From: an uncultured Luminiphilus sp.
Lineage (GTDB): Bacteria > Pseudomonadota > Gammaproteobacteria > Pseudomonadales > Halieaceae
Length of the DNA: 61,200 bases
NCBI GenBank assembly: GCA_938085095.1
Contig: CALKEI010000011.1
Span: forward strand, 1 to 61,200
Reading direction: 5' to 3'
Under the pieces are notes generated by a model that saw only the letters and a list, made by a program, of their open reading frames with translations, ran no database searches and was not told the origin of the DNA. Made by a program: the position numbers and the translations under genes. Shown here piece after piece: positions 22,839 to 31,461 of the stretch (its first letter is position 1; each line of letters begins with the position of its first letter).

Positions 22839-23459
22839 TCACGCTTCCATCAGCCCCTGTAGCTTCTGGATTGCGAGGCGCACCCTTGATTTCACAGTGC
22901 CCAGAGGCAGATCGAGCTCTGCCGCAGCCTCGGAGTGAGATTTACCCTCCATGTACACTTTAGCCAGAATCTGCGCCTGATCTGGCGGTAATTCTCCCAT
23001 CAGTTCGCGCACTCTCTCGGCGCCGCGCCGGGTGTGCAGTACCACAAAGGACTCTTCTTCTTCGCTTTCCAGCTCGAAATCATCCGCAGCAAGCTGAGTA
23101 TCAAATTTTTGCAGCCGTCGGAACATGTCAGTCCGGCAGTTTCGGGCGATGGTATAGACCCAGGTGGAGGCCGCCGCTTTTTCCGGATTGAAGCCTCCCG
23201 CCTTTTGCCACACCTTAAGCATCACTTCCTGCACCAGCTCATCAGCATGGGCAGCGGACAGGCTCGAACCCGACAGGGCAAATGCTTTAATTAACGGCGC
23301 AAAGTGGCGAAAGAAGCGCGTAAACGCACCCCGGTCCTGGCTCTCTCCCACCAAGACCAACGCTTGGCTCCACTCATCCGTCCGACGTCCGGTCGGCGCA
23401 TTCCACTTTGCGCCGCCGTTTGCCGCAGGCGAGCCGCTTGCGTCTCTTTTATTGACCAT
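22839..23459 (-). CDS. rpoE: ECF sigma factor, ChrR-paired (ECF11 / Rhodobacter RpoE type)
   Basis: Region 2 ADELVQEVMLKVW...STWVYTIARN and region 4 LPLGTVKSRVRLA. Adjacent to chrR. Confidence 0.9.
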   Translation of the reverse strand: MVNKRDASGSPAANGGAKWNAPTGRRTDEWSQALVLVGESQDRGAFTRFFRHFAPLIKAFALSGSSLSAAHADELVQEVMLKVWQKAGGFNPEKAAASTWVYTIARNCRTDMFRRLQKFDTQLAADDFELESEEEESFVVLHTRRGAERVRELMGELPPDQAQILAKVYMEGKSHSEAAAELDLPLGTVKSRVRLAIQKLQGLMEA

Positions 23460-23552
23460 GGGGGCTAAACCTTCATTCAGAAACCACAGGATACACACTG
23501 AGTGACCGGCTTGACAGCGGCATTTGGGGCTAATGCGGGACCGACAGGCCGT

Positions 23553-23580
23553 TGATCCGGCCTCCGCCCCCTCCCGTAAC
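23553..23580 (+). promoter_or_regulatory. ECF11 (RpoE) promoter of the FAD oxidoreductase-DUF1365-cfa operon
   Basis: TGATCC-N16-CGTAAC matches the known ECF11 TGATC...CGTA consensus. It sits about 45 nt before the GGAGG-preceded GTG start. Confidence 0.8.
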
Positions 23581-23625
23581 AGCTCTACCCTACTTTATCT
23601 TCCGGTGTCCGGAGGTCTACCAGCA

Positions 23626-24891
23626 GTGAACATCGCAGTCATTGGGGCGGGCATCTCCGGGTTGGGATGCGCCCACCAGCTCGTGAAACGCGGCCATCGC
23701 GTGGATATTTTTGAAGCCCGGGATCGCATCGGTGGCCACACCGCGACTTACGACGTGCAGATTGGTACCCGTCGGTTTGCTGTGGACACTGGTTTCATTG
23801 TCTATAACGACCGCAATTACCCCAATATGATCAAGCTCTTTCAGGAGCTGGGTGTGGCGAGCAAGCCGACATCAATGGGATTCTCAGTGTGCGATGAAAT
23901 CAGCGGACTAGAATACGCCGGTAATAACCTCAACACGCTGTTTGCTCAGCGAGGCAATCTGCTATCACCCAGCTTTCTGGGCATGGTGCGCGAAATCCTG
24001 CGCTTCAATAAAATCGCACTGGCTGACCTCGAGAATGGTCAGCTACCGCAGGATGAGACGCTGGGAGAGTACCTCCAGCGCCATGGTTTCAGCCAGCATT
24101 TCAGCCGGACCTACCTGCTTGCGATGACGTCGGCGATCTGGTCGGCCGACTTTGAAGACGCACAGGATTTCCCTGTGGCCTTTTTTATTCGCTTCTTTAG
24201 TAACCATGGCCTGCTGTCATTGAAAGATCGACCCCAGTGGCGTGTCGTAGAGGGAGGCAGCCGCGAATACCTGGCCCCGCTGACCCAGCGCTTTTCCGAT
24301 AGCATTCGCACGCGCATGCGCGTCGAGAAAATTTTGCGCCCACCGGGCAAACCGGTATTGGTGCAGTTCACCAACGGACTCCAGCGCGAATTTGATGAAG
24401 TCGTGATTGCCACCCATTCGAACGACGCACTCAGCATGCTCGGTGACCCCACAGATTCGGAAAAATCGGTTCTTAGCGCGCTACCTTATCGAGACAACGA
24501 GGTCATTCTGCATACCGACACGCGCCTGCTGCCCAAAACCCAGCGCGCATGGTCGAGCTGGAACTACCGCCTCAAGCCGGGGAGTGGCCGCGCGACCGTC
24601 ACCTATAATATGAACATATTGCAAGGCCTCAACGCGCCCGAAACATTCTGCATCACCCTTAATGACACCGCCTCAATCAACCCGCACCACATTCTCGGCC
24701 GCTTCAATTATGCGCACCCACAGTTCACACTGGCGGGCATGCAAGCCCAACAACGATGGGGCGACATCAATGGACAAAACGGCACATGGTTTTGCGGCGC
24801 CTATTGGCAAAACGGTTTCCACGAGGACGGGCTGAGCAGCGGGCTCCGGGTTGCCGAGAGTCTGTGTGCGGCGCGCCAAATGGCAGCGTGA
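23626..24891 (+). CDS. FAD-dependent amine-oxidase-family oxidoreductase (UfaD/RSP1091-like)
   Basis: IAVIGAGISGL Rossmann motif, RIGGH, VDTGFIVYNDRNYPN, AWSSWNY, CGAYWQNGFHEDG. GTG start after GGAGG. Confidence 0.88.
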   Translation: MNIAVIGAGISGLGCAHQLVKRGHRVDIFEARDRIGGHTATYDVQIGTRRFAVDTGFIVYNDRNYPNMIKLFQELGVASKPTSMGFSVCDEISGLEYAGNNLNTLFAQRGNLLSPSFLGMVREILRFNKIALADLENGQLPQDETLGEYLQRHGFSQHFSRTYLLAMTSAIWSADFEDAQDFPVAFFIRFFSNHGLLSLKDRPQWRVVEGGSREYLAPLTQRFSDSIRTRMRVEKILRPPGKPVLVQFTNGLQREFDEVVIATHSNDALSMLGDPTDSEKSVLSALPYRDNEVILHTDTRLLPKTQRAWSSWNYRLKPGSGRATVTYNMNILQGLNAPETFCITLNDTASINPHHILGRFNYAHPQFTLAGMQAQQRWGDINGQNGTWFCGAYWQNGFHEDGLSSGLRVAESLCAARQMAA

Positions 24892-25634
24892 GCCCAAAGC
24901 TTTACTCGGGTACGCTTCGCCACGCCCGCTATTTACCTAAGCGACATGCATTTACCTACAAGGTGTTCATGCCTTTTGTCGAGCTGGAAACACTTCCCGA
25001 GCTGACCGCGCGCCTACCACTTTGGTCTGCCGATCGATGGGCACCCGCGCGCTTTTTGCGGCGGGATTTTCTCGGCGCTGAGGATATACCGCTAGCAGAT
25101 GCGGTCCGCCACAGAATCCTTGAGGAAACGGGTTACGAGCAAACCGGGCCAATTTATCTCCTCGCTAACTGGCGTTATTTCGGCTACCAGAACAACCCCA
25201 TCGCGGTGTACTACTGCTACGACGCGCCCGGAGGACGGCTAGAGTATGTCGTTGCCGAGGTGACCAACACACCCTGGGGAGAACGCCACAGCTATGTACT
25301 GCCGGCCCCGAGCGACGATGCCCCTTTGGCAACGGAGTTCAACAAAGCGCTTCATGTGTCGCCGTTTAATCCCATGAACCTGGTCTATCGCTGGTACAGC
25401 AATGCTCCCGGTGATGATTTACAGATTCAGATTGCGTTGTTCAAAGAGGGGCAGCGGATTTTCGACGCGGTGCTGTCACTCACAGCGGAGCCTCTCGACG
25501 CACGCAGCGCCCCGCGCGCAGTGCTCGCCTTCCCTCTGATGACAGTGAAGGTTGCGGCGGGGATCTATTGGGAGGCCTTGCGTCTGTTTTTAAAAGGCGT
25601 CAGCCTGCATCCTCATCCGAAGCGATCTCATTAA
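24888..25634 (+). CDS. DUF1365 family protein (UfaO/RSP1090-like)
   Basis: HARYLPKRHAFTY, FGYQNNPIAVYYC, AEVTNTPWGERHSY, FNKALHVSPF, IYWEALRLFLKG. Confidence 0.88.
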   Translation: MSPKLYSGTLRHARYLPKRHAFTYKVFMPFVELETLPELTARLPLWSADRWAPARFLRRDFLGAEDIPLADAVRHRILEETGYEQTGPIYLLANWRYFGYQNNPIAVYYCYDAPGGRLEYVVAEVTNTPWGERHSYVLPAPSDDAPLATEFNKALHVSPFNPMNLVYRWYSNAPGDDLQIQIALFKEGQRIFDAVLSLTAEPLDARSAPRAVLAFPLMTVKVAAGIYWEALRLFLKGVSLHPHPKRSH

Positions 25635-25640
25635 CGTAAC
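25613..25640 (+). promoter_or_regulatory. Putative internal ECF11 promoter upstream of cfa
   Basis: TCATCC-N16-CGTAAC straddles the DUF1365 stop, 35 nt upstream of the cfa ATG. Confidence 0.65.
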
Positions 25641-25675
25641 CGTCGACTCCACGAAGCGTTCCAAAGAGGGTCTGC

Positions 25676-26932
25676 ATGAGCGAATCCAGCGTCAAAAATA
25701 TCTCCAAGCTGCCAATGCTTTTTCCGGAAAAGCCGGGCGGTTTGGCGCGCACCATCATGCTCAAAGTGCTGGCAAAACTGCAGATCGGATCCCTGACCTT
25801 TAAGGAAAACGGCGAGACACTGGTATTTGGCTCCACCGAAGACCCCGCAGCGCCCCACGCTGAAGTCCATGTTCACGACAGTGATTTGTATCGCCGGGTA
25901 CTCACCGGCGGCAGCATCGCTGCGGGTGAGACCTTTATCGAAGGCCTGTGGAGTAGCCCCGATCTCACGGCCGTCACACGCGCCTTCAGCGCCAATCTGT
26001 CGATGTTGGAGGCAATGTCTGACCGACAGAACGTTATTGCTCGTCTGGCGCTGAAAATGAGCCATTGGGCGCGCCGCAATACCACCGCTCGGTCGCGGGA
26101 AAATATTTCAGCGCATTACGATCTCGGCAATGATTTCTTCTCGCTATTCCTCGATCCGAGCATGATGTACTCCTCAGCAGTGTTCCCCACACCCGATAGC
26201 GATCTAGCCTCAGCTGCACAACATAAGCTGCATTTGATCTGCGAAGACCTAGAACTCAAACCGGAAGACCACCTGATTGAAATTGGCACAGGTTGGGGTG
26301 GCATGGCCATCTACGCAGCCGAGCACTACGGCTGTCGCGTCACGACTACCACCATCTCCCGTGAGCAGTTTGATTACACCGTCGAGGCTGTCACGGCGCG
26401 CAAGCTTCAGGACCGCATTACAGTTTTGTTTGATGATTACCGCGATCTGACAGGGCAGTTCGACAAGCTGGTGTCGATCGAGATGATTGAAGCCGTTGGG
26501 CATCAGTTCTACGACACTTATTTCAGCACCGTCAGCCATCTGCTCAAACCCCATGGTAAGGCAGTGATTCAGGCCATTACGATGACTGAGCAGCGCTACG
26601 AGCAGGCTAGGGACTCGGTGGATTTCATCAAGCGGTATATCTTCCCTGGCGGCTGTCTGCCCTCGCTGACAGTGATTAGTGATGCACTGTCACGGATGAC
26701 TGATATGCAAATGAGCAATCTCCGCGATATCACTCAGGACTATGCCAACACGCTAAGCGCCTGGCACGAGGGCTTTCTCAATAAGCTCGATACCGTTCAG
26801 ACGATGGGCTTTGACGAGCGCTTCATTCGCATGTGGCGCTATTACCTCAGCTATTGCGAGGGAGGCTTCCGCGAGCGCATTATTGGCACCTACCAAATCA
26901 CGATGACCAAGCCGGGGTATCGCCCGGCCTGA
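25676..26932 (+). CDS. cfa: Cyclopropane-fatty-acyl-phospholipid synthase-family SAM methyltransferase (UfaM/RSP2144-like)
   Basis: NISAHYDLGNDFF, MMYSSA, EIGTGWGG, SIEMIEAVG, FIKRYIFPGG, RMWRYYLSYCEGGF. Confidence 0.9.
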   Translation: MSESSVKNISKLPMLFPEKPGGLARTIMLKVLAKLQIGSLTFKENGETLVFGSTEDPAAPHAEVHVHDSDLYRRVLTGGSIAAGETFIEGLWSSPDLTAVTRAFSANLSMLEAMSDRQNVIARLALKMSHWARRNTTARSRENISAHYDLGNDFFSLFLDPSMMYSSAVFPTPDSDLASAAQHKLHLICEDLELKPEDHLIEIGTGWGGMAIYAAEHYGCRVTTTTISREQFDYTVEAVTARKLQDRITVLFDDYRDLTGQFDKLVSIEMIEAVGHQFYDTYFSTVSHLLKPHGKAVIQAITMTEQRYEQARDSVDFIKRYIFPGGCLPSLTVISDALSRMTDMQMSNLRDITQDYANTLSAWHEGFLNKLDTVQTMGFDERFIRMWRYYLSYCEGGFRERIIGTYQITMTKPGYRPA

Positions 26933-26942
26933 TCCGCTGCCT

Positions 26943-28364
26943 ATGTTGTTGTCCCTTGCTCCGATTGCACTGCTGGTTATCCTCCTCTCTACCTCGGTGG
27001 CCCTGTTTGGCTCGGACGCCTCCTACGGCCCCAATCAAGTCGCACTGATTATTGCTTCAGCCGCCACCATGCTGGTGGGCTGGCGTCGGGGTATGAGCTG
27101 GCAGGCACTTCAGGACGGCATGGTCGCCGCCATCACGGTCTCGATCATGCCCATGATGATCCTACTCTGTGTGGGCGCACTCATCGGCAGCTGGATTATC
27201 AGTGGCACCGTGCCGGGTATGATTTACTACGGCGTTCAGTTGCTGGACCCCGGCTTTTTTTACGCGGCCTCTGCGATCATCTGTGCCCTTGCCTCTCTTA
27301 GTCTGGGGAGCTCCTGGACGGTAGCAGGCACGCTCGGTATTGGCTTGATGGGTATTGCAACCACTTACAACCTGTCTCCCGCCATCACCGCGGGCGCAAT
27401 CATTTCCGGCGCCTACTTTGGCGACAAACTGTCGCCTCTCTCTGATACCACCAATCTTGCCGCGGCGGCGGTGGGCGTTGATCTGTTCGAGCACATCAAA
27501 AACATGCTCTGGACGACCCTGCCCGCCTTTCTTGCGGCACTGGTGATTTTTTCCTTCATTGGCAGTGAGGGCGCCGCCACCCCCGAGAACATCGATGAGA
27601 TCCGCGCTGCTCTCACCAGCCAGTTTACGATCTCACCCTGGGTGCTCTCACCGCTGGCGCTGATGCTGGCATTGATCTATTTCCGGGTGCCCGCCTACCC
27701 CGCCATCCTGATCTGCGCCCTCTCGGGCACGCTCTATGCCGCCGCGTTTCAGACTGATGTAGTCCGTGCGCTGGCACTCGCAGCCCACCCGGACTCACCA
27801 GCACCGCTGATTCAGGGACTCTGGATGGCACTGTTCTCGGGATATCAGTCACCCGAGGGGATGGGTGAGCTCAGCAAGCTACTCGACAAAGGCGGTTTGG
27901 CGAGCATGCTCAATACCCTCTTTTTGATTCTGACCGCCATGACCTTCGGCGGCATGCTCGACAGCACCGGCATCCTGCGACAGCTGCTTGATCAGGTCCT
28001 CAAGAGTGTCAAACGAACGGGCGATCTCATACTGGCCACCGTTTGCGGTGGCGTCATCACCAACGTGCTCGCCGCCGATCAGTTTCTGGCCATTACCTTA
28101 CCCGGACGACTGTTTAGTCCTGCCTACGACGACCGCGGGCTCAGCCGGCTGAGTCTCTCACGAACCCTGGAAGATTCAGCCACACTGACTTCGGTATTGG
28201 TGCCCTGGAACACCTGCGGGGCATTCATGGCGGCAACGCTGGGCGTCGCCACCTTCGAGTACGCGCCGTATGCGCTGTTCAATCTGATTTGTCCGGTGCT
28301 GGCAGTGATCTTCGGCTACTTGATGATTGCCCAGCCTCGCGCCACGACGCCAGCCACCCCATGA
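26943..28364 (+). CDS. nhaC: NhaC-family Na+/H+ antiporter-like transporter
   Basis: LGSSWTVAGTLG, GAYFGDKLSPLSDTTNLA, LSRTLEDSAT, LVPWNTCG. About 11-12 TMs. Confidence 0.9.
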   Translation: MLLSLAPIALLVILLSTSVALFGSDASYGPNQVALIIASAATMLVGWRRGMSWQALQDGMVAAITVSIMPMMILLCVGALIGSWIISGTVPGMIYYGVQLLDPGFFYAASAIICALASLSLGSSWTVAGTLGIGLMGIATTYNLSPAITAGAIISGAYFGDKLSPLSDTTNLAAAAVGVDLFEHIKNMLWTTLPAFLAALVIFSFIGSEGAATPENIDEIRAALTSQFTISPWVLSPLALMLALIYFRVPAYPAILICALSGTLYAAAFQTDVVRALALAAHPDSPAPLIQGLWMALFSGYQSPEGMGELSKLLDKGGLASMLNTLFLILTAMTFGGMLDSTGILRQLLDQVLKSVKRTGDLILATVCGGVITNVLAADQFLAITLPGRLFSPAYDDRGLSRLSLSRTLEDSATLTSVLVPWNTCGAFMAATLGVATFEYAPYALFNLICPVLAVIFGYLMIAQPRATTPATP

Positions 28365-28807
28365 AGCCTGTGAACTGGGATTACGACAACCCGTTTACGC
28401 TGGAGGTGGTGGTGCAAGACCGGCACATCGACGCCCTCGCCCATACCCGAAACACCCATTATGTGGAGTGGTGTATGGAAGCTGCCTGGGCGCATACCAC
28501 GGCACTCGGTTTAGGGCCGGAGGACTATCAGCGGCTCGATCGCGCCATGGCGCTGACCCACGCCGAATACGATTACCACAAAGCCACGCGAGCAGGAGAC
28601 ACCTTATGGGTGGGCACCTGGATTACCGACTGGGCAGGCAGGATGAAGATGACCCGACGCCTACAGGTCATTTGTGAAGCCACTGGCGATACGGTGTTTC
28701 GAGGCGCGTTGGAGTTCGTCTGCATAGAAATCTCTACCGGCTTACCGAGACGGCCGCCCAAAGCCTTCGTCGACATCTATAGCCCTGTCATCGCAGCCAG
28801 CGAATAA
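28361..28807 (+). CDS. Acyl-CoA/ACP thioesterase (4HBT/YbgC-like hotdog fold)
   Basis: HIDALAHTRNTHYVEW (variant of DxxGHVNNxxY) and C-terminal FVCIEISTGLPRRPP. ATGA overlap with nhaC. Confidence 0.8.
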   Translation: MKPVNWDYDNPFTLEVVVQDRHIDALAHTRNTHYVEWCMEAAWAHTTALGLGPEDYQRLDRAMALTHAEYDYHKATRAGDTLWVGTWITDWAGRMKMTRRLQVICEATGDTVFRGALEFVCIEISTGLPRRPPKAFVDIYSPVIAASE

Positions 28808-28837
28808 GCGCTGAAGCAGCGCAACGATCCTCCCCAG

Positions 28838-29800
28838 TCAGGCTCGAGACCAATCAAAACTGATTACCTCGGTCAGGGAATCCGCGCTCGCTTGCATCGC
28901 CAACAATCGGTCTATGCCTAGCGCCACTCCGGCGCAATCGGGGAAACCCTGACGCTGCGCCGCGAGCAGGCGTTCATCGATAGGCCGCTCGGGCAAACCG
29001 CGTTGCCGCCTCCGCTCATTCTCGGCATCGAGTTGAGTGGCGAGTGCAACGGGGTCAGATTGCTCCCAATAGCCATTGGCCAGCTCTCTTCCTGCCACGT
29101 AGCACTCAAAGCGCGCGGCAACCGCCGTGTTGGCGACCTCTATGGTCCGCGCAAGTGCTGCCTGCGAGAGGGGGAAGTCCGTCACAAACACGATTCCCCA
29201 GTCGCGAATGGCAGGCTCGATACAATGGCTCATCAGAATATCCAGCAACGCATCCCGATCGAGACCATCGGGAACGGAACCCAGCTTGGCGTGGGCGACG
29301 TCCAACAAGCGGGTCGCATCAACATCCTCAGCGAGCGGGTCGACGCCAAGGATCTCAATAAACAGTGCGCGGTAGGGCCAAATCTGCCAGCCGTCGCAAC
29401 CCAAAGCGTCACCGACCAGACCCGCCACTTCACTCATCAACGCCACGTGATCCCAGCCCACCCGATACCACTCTAGTAGCGTGAACTCGGGGTTGTGATA
29501 GCGCCCTTTTTCTTCCTGACGGAAAGCCTTGGCGACCTGAAAGATGTCCCCAGAACCTGACGCCAACAAGCGCTTCATGGCAAATTCCGGAGAAGTCTGC
29601 AGGTAACGATCCGGCGAATCAGCGTCTTGCATGGGAACAGAGAAAATCTCGATTCCGGAGTCGGGCACGGTGCCCTGGCAGAGTAACGGGGTCTCTACCT
29701 CCATCACACCACGTGTATGAAAAAAATGTCGGACTTGCTGCATCAGCGCCGCCCGGGCGGCGAGTCGCTCCTGAGACGCCGAAGGCCGCCAGTCGCTCAT
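28838..29800 (-). CDS. epmA: EF-P lysine aminoacylase EpmA (GenX/PoxA)
   Basis: WRPSAS, YLQTSPEFAMKRLLA, FRQEE.GRYHNPEFTLLEWY, ELANGY, GVALGIDRL. No anticodon-binding domain. Next to efp. Confidence 0.93.
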   Translation of the reverse strand: MSDWRPSASQERLAARAALMQQVRHFFHTRGVMEVETPLLCQGTVPDSGIEIFSVPMQDADSPDRYLQTSPEFAMKRLLASGSGDIFQVAKAFRQEEKGRYHNPEFTLLEWYRVGWDHVALMSEVAGLVGDALGCDGWQIWPYRALFIEILGVDPLAEDVDATRLLDVAHAKLGSVPDGLDRDALLDILMSHCIEPAIRDWGIVFVTDFPLSQAALARTIEVANTAVAARFECYVAGRELANGYWEQSDPVALATQLDAENERRRQRGLPERPIDERLLAAQRQGFPDCAGVALGIDRLLAMQASADSLTEVISFDWSRA

Positions 29801-29802
29801 TG

Positions 29803-30375
29803 TCAGCTTTTGCTGGCGCGACTCACGTACTCACCGGTCCGGGTATCGATGCGAATGACTTCACCCTCGGTGATAAACAGCGGTACGCGCACTACGGCAC
29901 CGGTCGCTAGCGTCGCCGGCTTACTCCCGCCCTGAGCCGTATCACCCTTTAGGCCGGGGTCGGTCTCCGTGATCTCCAGCTCGATGAAATTGGGCGGCGT
30001 CACCGCCAGCGGCGAGCCATTGTAGAGCGTGATTTCGTAGCGCTCCTGCTCCTTGAGCCATTTCTCCGACTCGCCGACGGCATCACGATCCGCGCCATAC
30101 TGCTCATAGCTGGCAGGATCCATGAAGTACCAAAACTCTCCGTCGGTGTAGGAGTACTCGAGGTCTATGTCCATGACATCGGCGCCTTCGAGGGTGTCAC
30201 CCGACTTGAACGTCCGCTCCCAGACCCGTCCTGACTTGAGGTTACGGAGTTTTACGCGATTGAAGGCCTGGCCTTTACCGGGTTTGACGAACTCGTTCTC
30301 GAGGATCGAGCAGGGTTCGCTATCAAGCATGACCTTGAGGCCGGGCTTGAATTCATTTGTCGAGAAGTTTGCCAT
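29803..30375 (-). CDS. efp: Elongation factor P (Lys34 type)
   Basis: [10 protein letters not shown] loop, [36 protein letters not shown]. Confidence 0.97.
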   Translation of the reverse strand: MANFSTNEFKPGLKVMLDSEPCSILENEFVKPGKGQAFNRVKLRNLKSGRVWERTFKSGDTLEGADVMDIDLEYSYTDGEFWYFMDPASYEQYGADRDAVGESEKWLKEQERYEITLYNGSPLAVTPPNFIELEITETDPGLKGDTAQGGSKPATLATGAVVRVPLFITEGEVIRIDTRTGEYVSRASKS

Positions 30376-30440
30376 TGTCGGGACTCATAACCAAAACACG
30401 ATAATACCTTAGGGCGTGATCCGTGGGCATCACCGCCGGC

Positions 30441-31376
30441 TCAGCCGCTGACGAATTCTCCCTCACTACCCAGCAGGTAGCACACCCCGTCGAGGCCACA
30501 GTGGGTGACTTCGATCGGGCTCGCCGCGCGCACCGCCGGCTTGGCATGAAACGCCACGCCCAATCCAGCCACCGCCATCATCGACAGGTCATTAGCCCCA
30601 TCGCCCACTGCGATACAGGCGTTAGTCGTAATGCCGAGTCGGCTAGCCAGCGTCCGTAGCGCCTCCGCTTTATATTCTCGATTCACGATCGGGGGAACGA
30701 CCCTGCCAGTCACCTTTCCCCCCTCTACCTCGAGCGTATTGGCGATCACCTCATCAAATCCGTAATCCGCCTGCAAACGCCGGGCAACAGAGATAAAGCC
30801 GCCGGAAAAAATGGCCAGCTTGATGCCCAGACCCTTTAGCGTGGTGGTCATTTCGCGAATGCCCTCCTTAACCGGGAGCCGATCCGCCAGCGCATCGACT
30901 GCACTCGCATCGAGGCCCTCCAACAGCGCGAGGCGCGTCCGAAAACTTTCATCAAAATCGACCTCACCCCGCATGGCCCGTTCCGTGATATCGGCGACTT
31001 GTTCTCCCACCCCCGCGACAGCAGCCAGCTCATCAATGACCTCGCAATCAATCAGTGTCGAGTCCATATCAAACACCGCTAGTCCATACGATTGGCAGCG
31101 AGCGGCACGCGGTTGCAGTGCAATATCCACGCCGTGTTGGTCGGAGAGATCCCGGAGCCGCGCCGATAGCCCATCAGGGTCAGTGCTATGAACCAGCAGC
31201 TTAGTGACCGCCCGGCGATCAGCCAACGTAATGGGCACGGGTACAGCGTGTGTTGCGACAATCTTGGCGCCAGCAGCTACCGTAACCTCCGCAACACGAC
31301 TCACGTCCAGCGCAGCGCCAAGGGGCACCATCACGACAATCACATGCGTTGGATCAACCACGAAATGCGTTCTCAT
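30441..31376 (-). CDS. serB: Phosphoserine phosphatase
   Basis: FDMDSTLIDCEVIDELA, ITERAMRGE.DF, SGGF, VGDGANDL, FHAKP (HAD motifs). Confidence 0.93.
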   Translation of the reverse strand: MRTHFVVDPTHVIVVMVPLGAALDVSRVAEVTVAAGAKIVATHAVPVPITLADRRAVTKLLVHSTDPDGLSARLRDLSDQHGVDIALQPRAARCQSYGLAVFDMDSTLIDCEVIDELAAVAGVGEQVADITERAMRGEVDFDESFRTRLALLEGLDASAVDALADRLPVKEGIREMTTTLKGLGIKLAIFSGGFISVARRLQADYGFDEVIANTLEVEGGKVTGRVVPPIVNREYKAEALRTLASRLGITTNACIAVGDGANDLSMMAVAGLGVAFHAKPAVRAASPIEVTHCGLDGVCYLLGSEGEFVSG

Positions 31377-31461
31377 CAATTACCAGGAGTGATACGTGAC
31401 TGCCACCCGACAGCCGCGCATAGGCAGTTTATACTGATCTCGGGTACACCGGAGACTCTCT

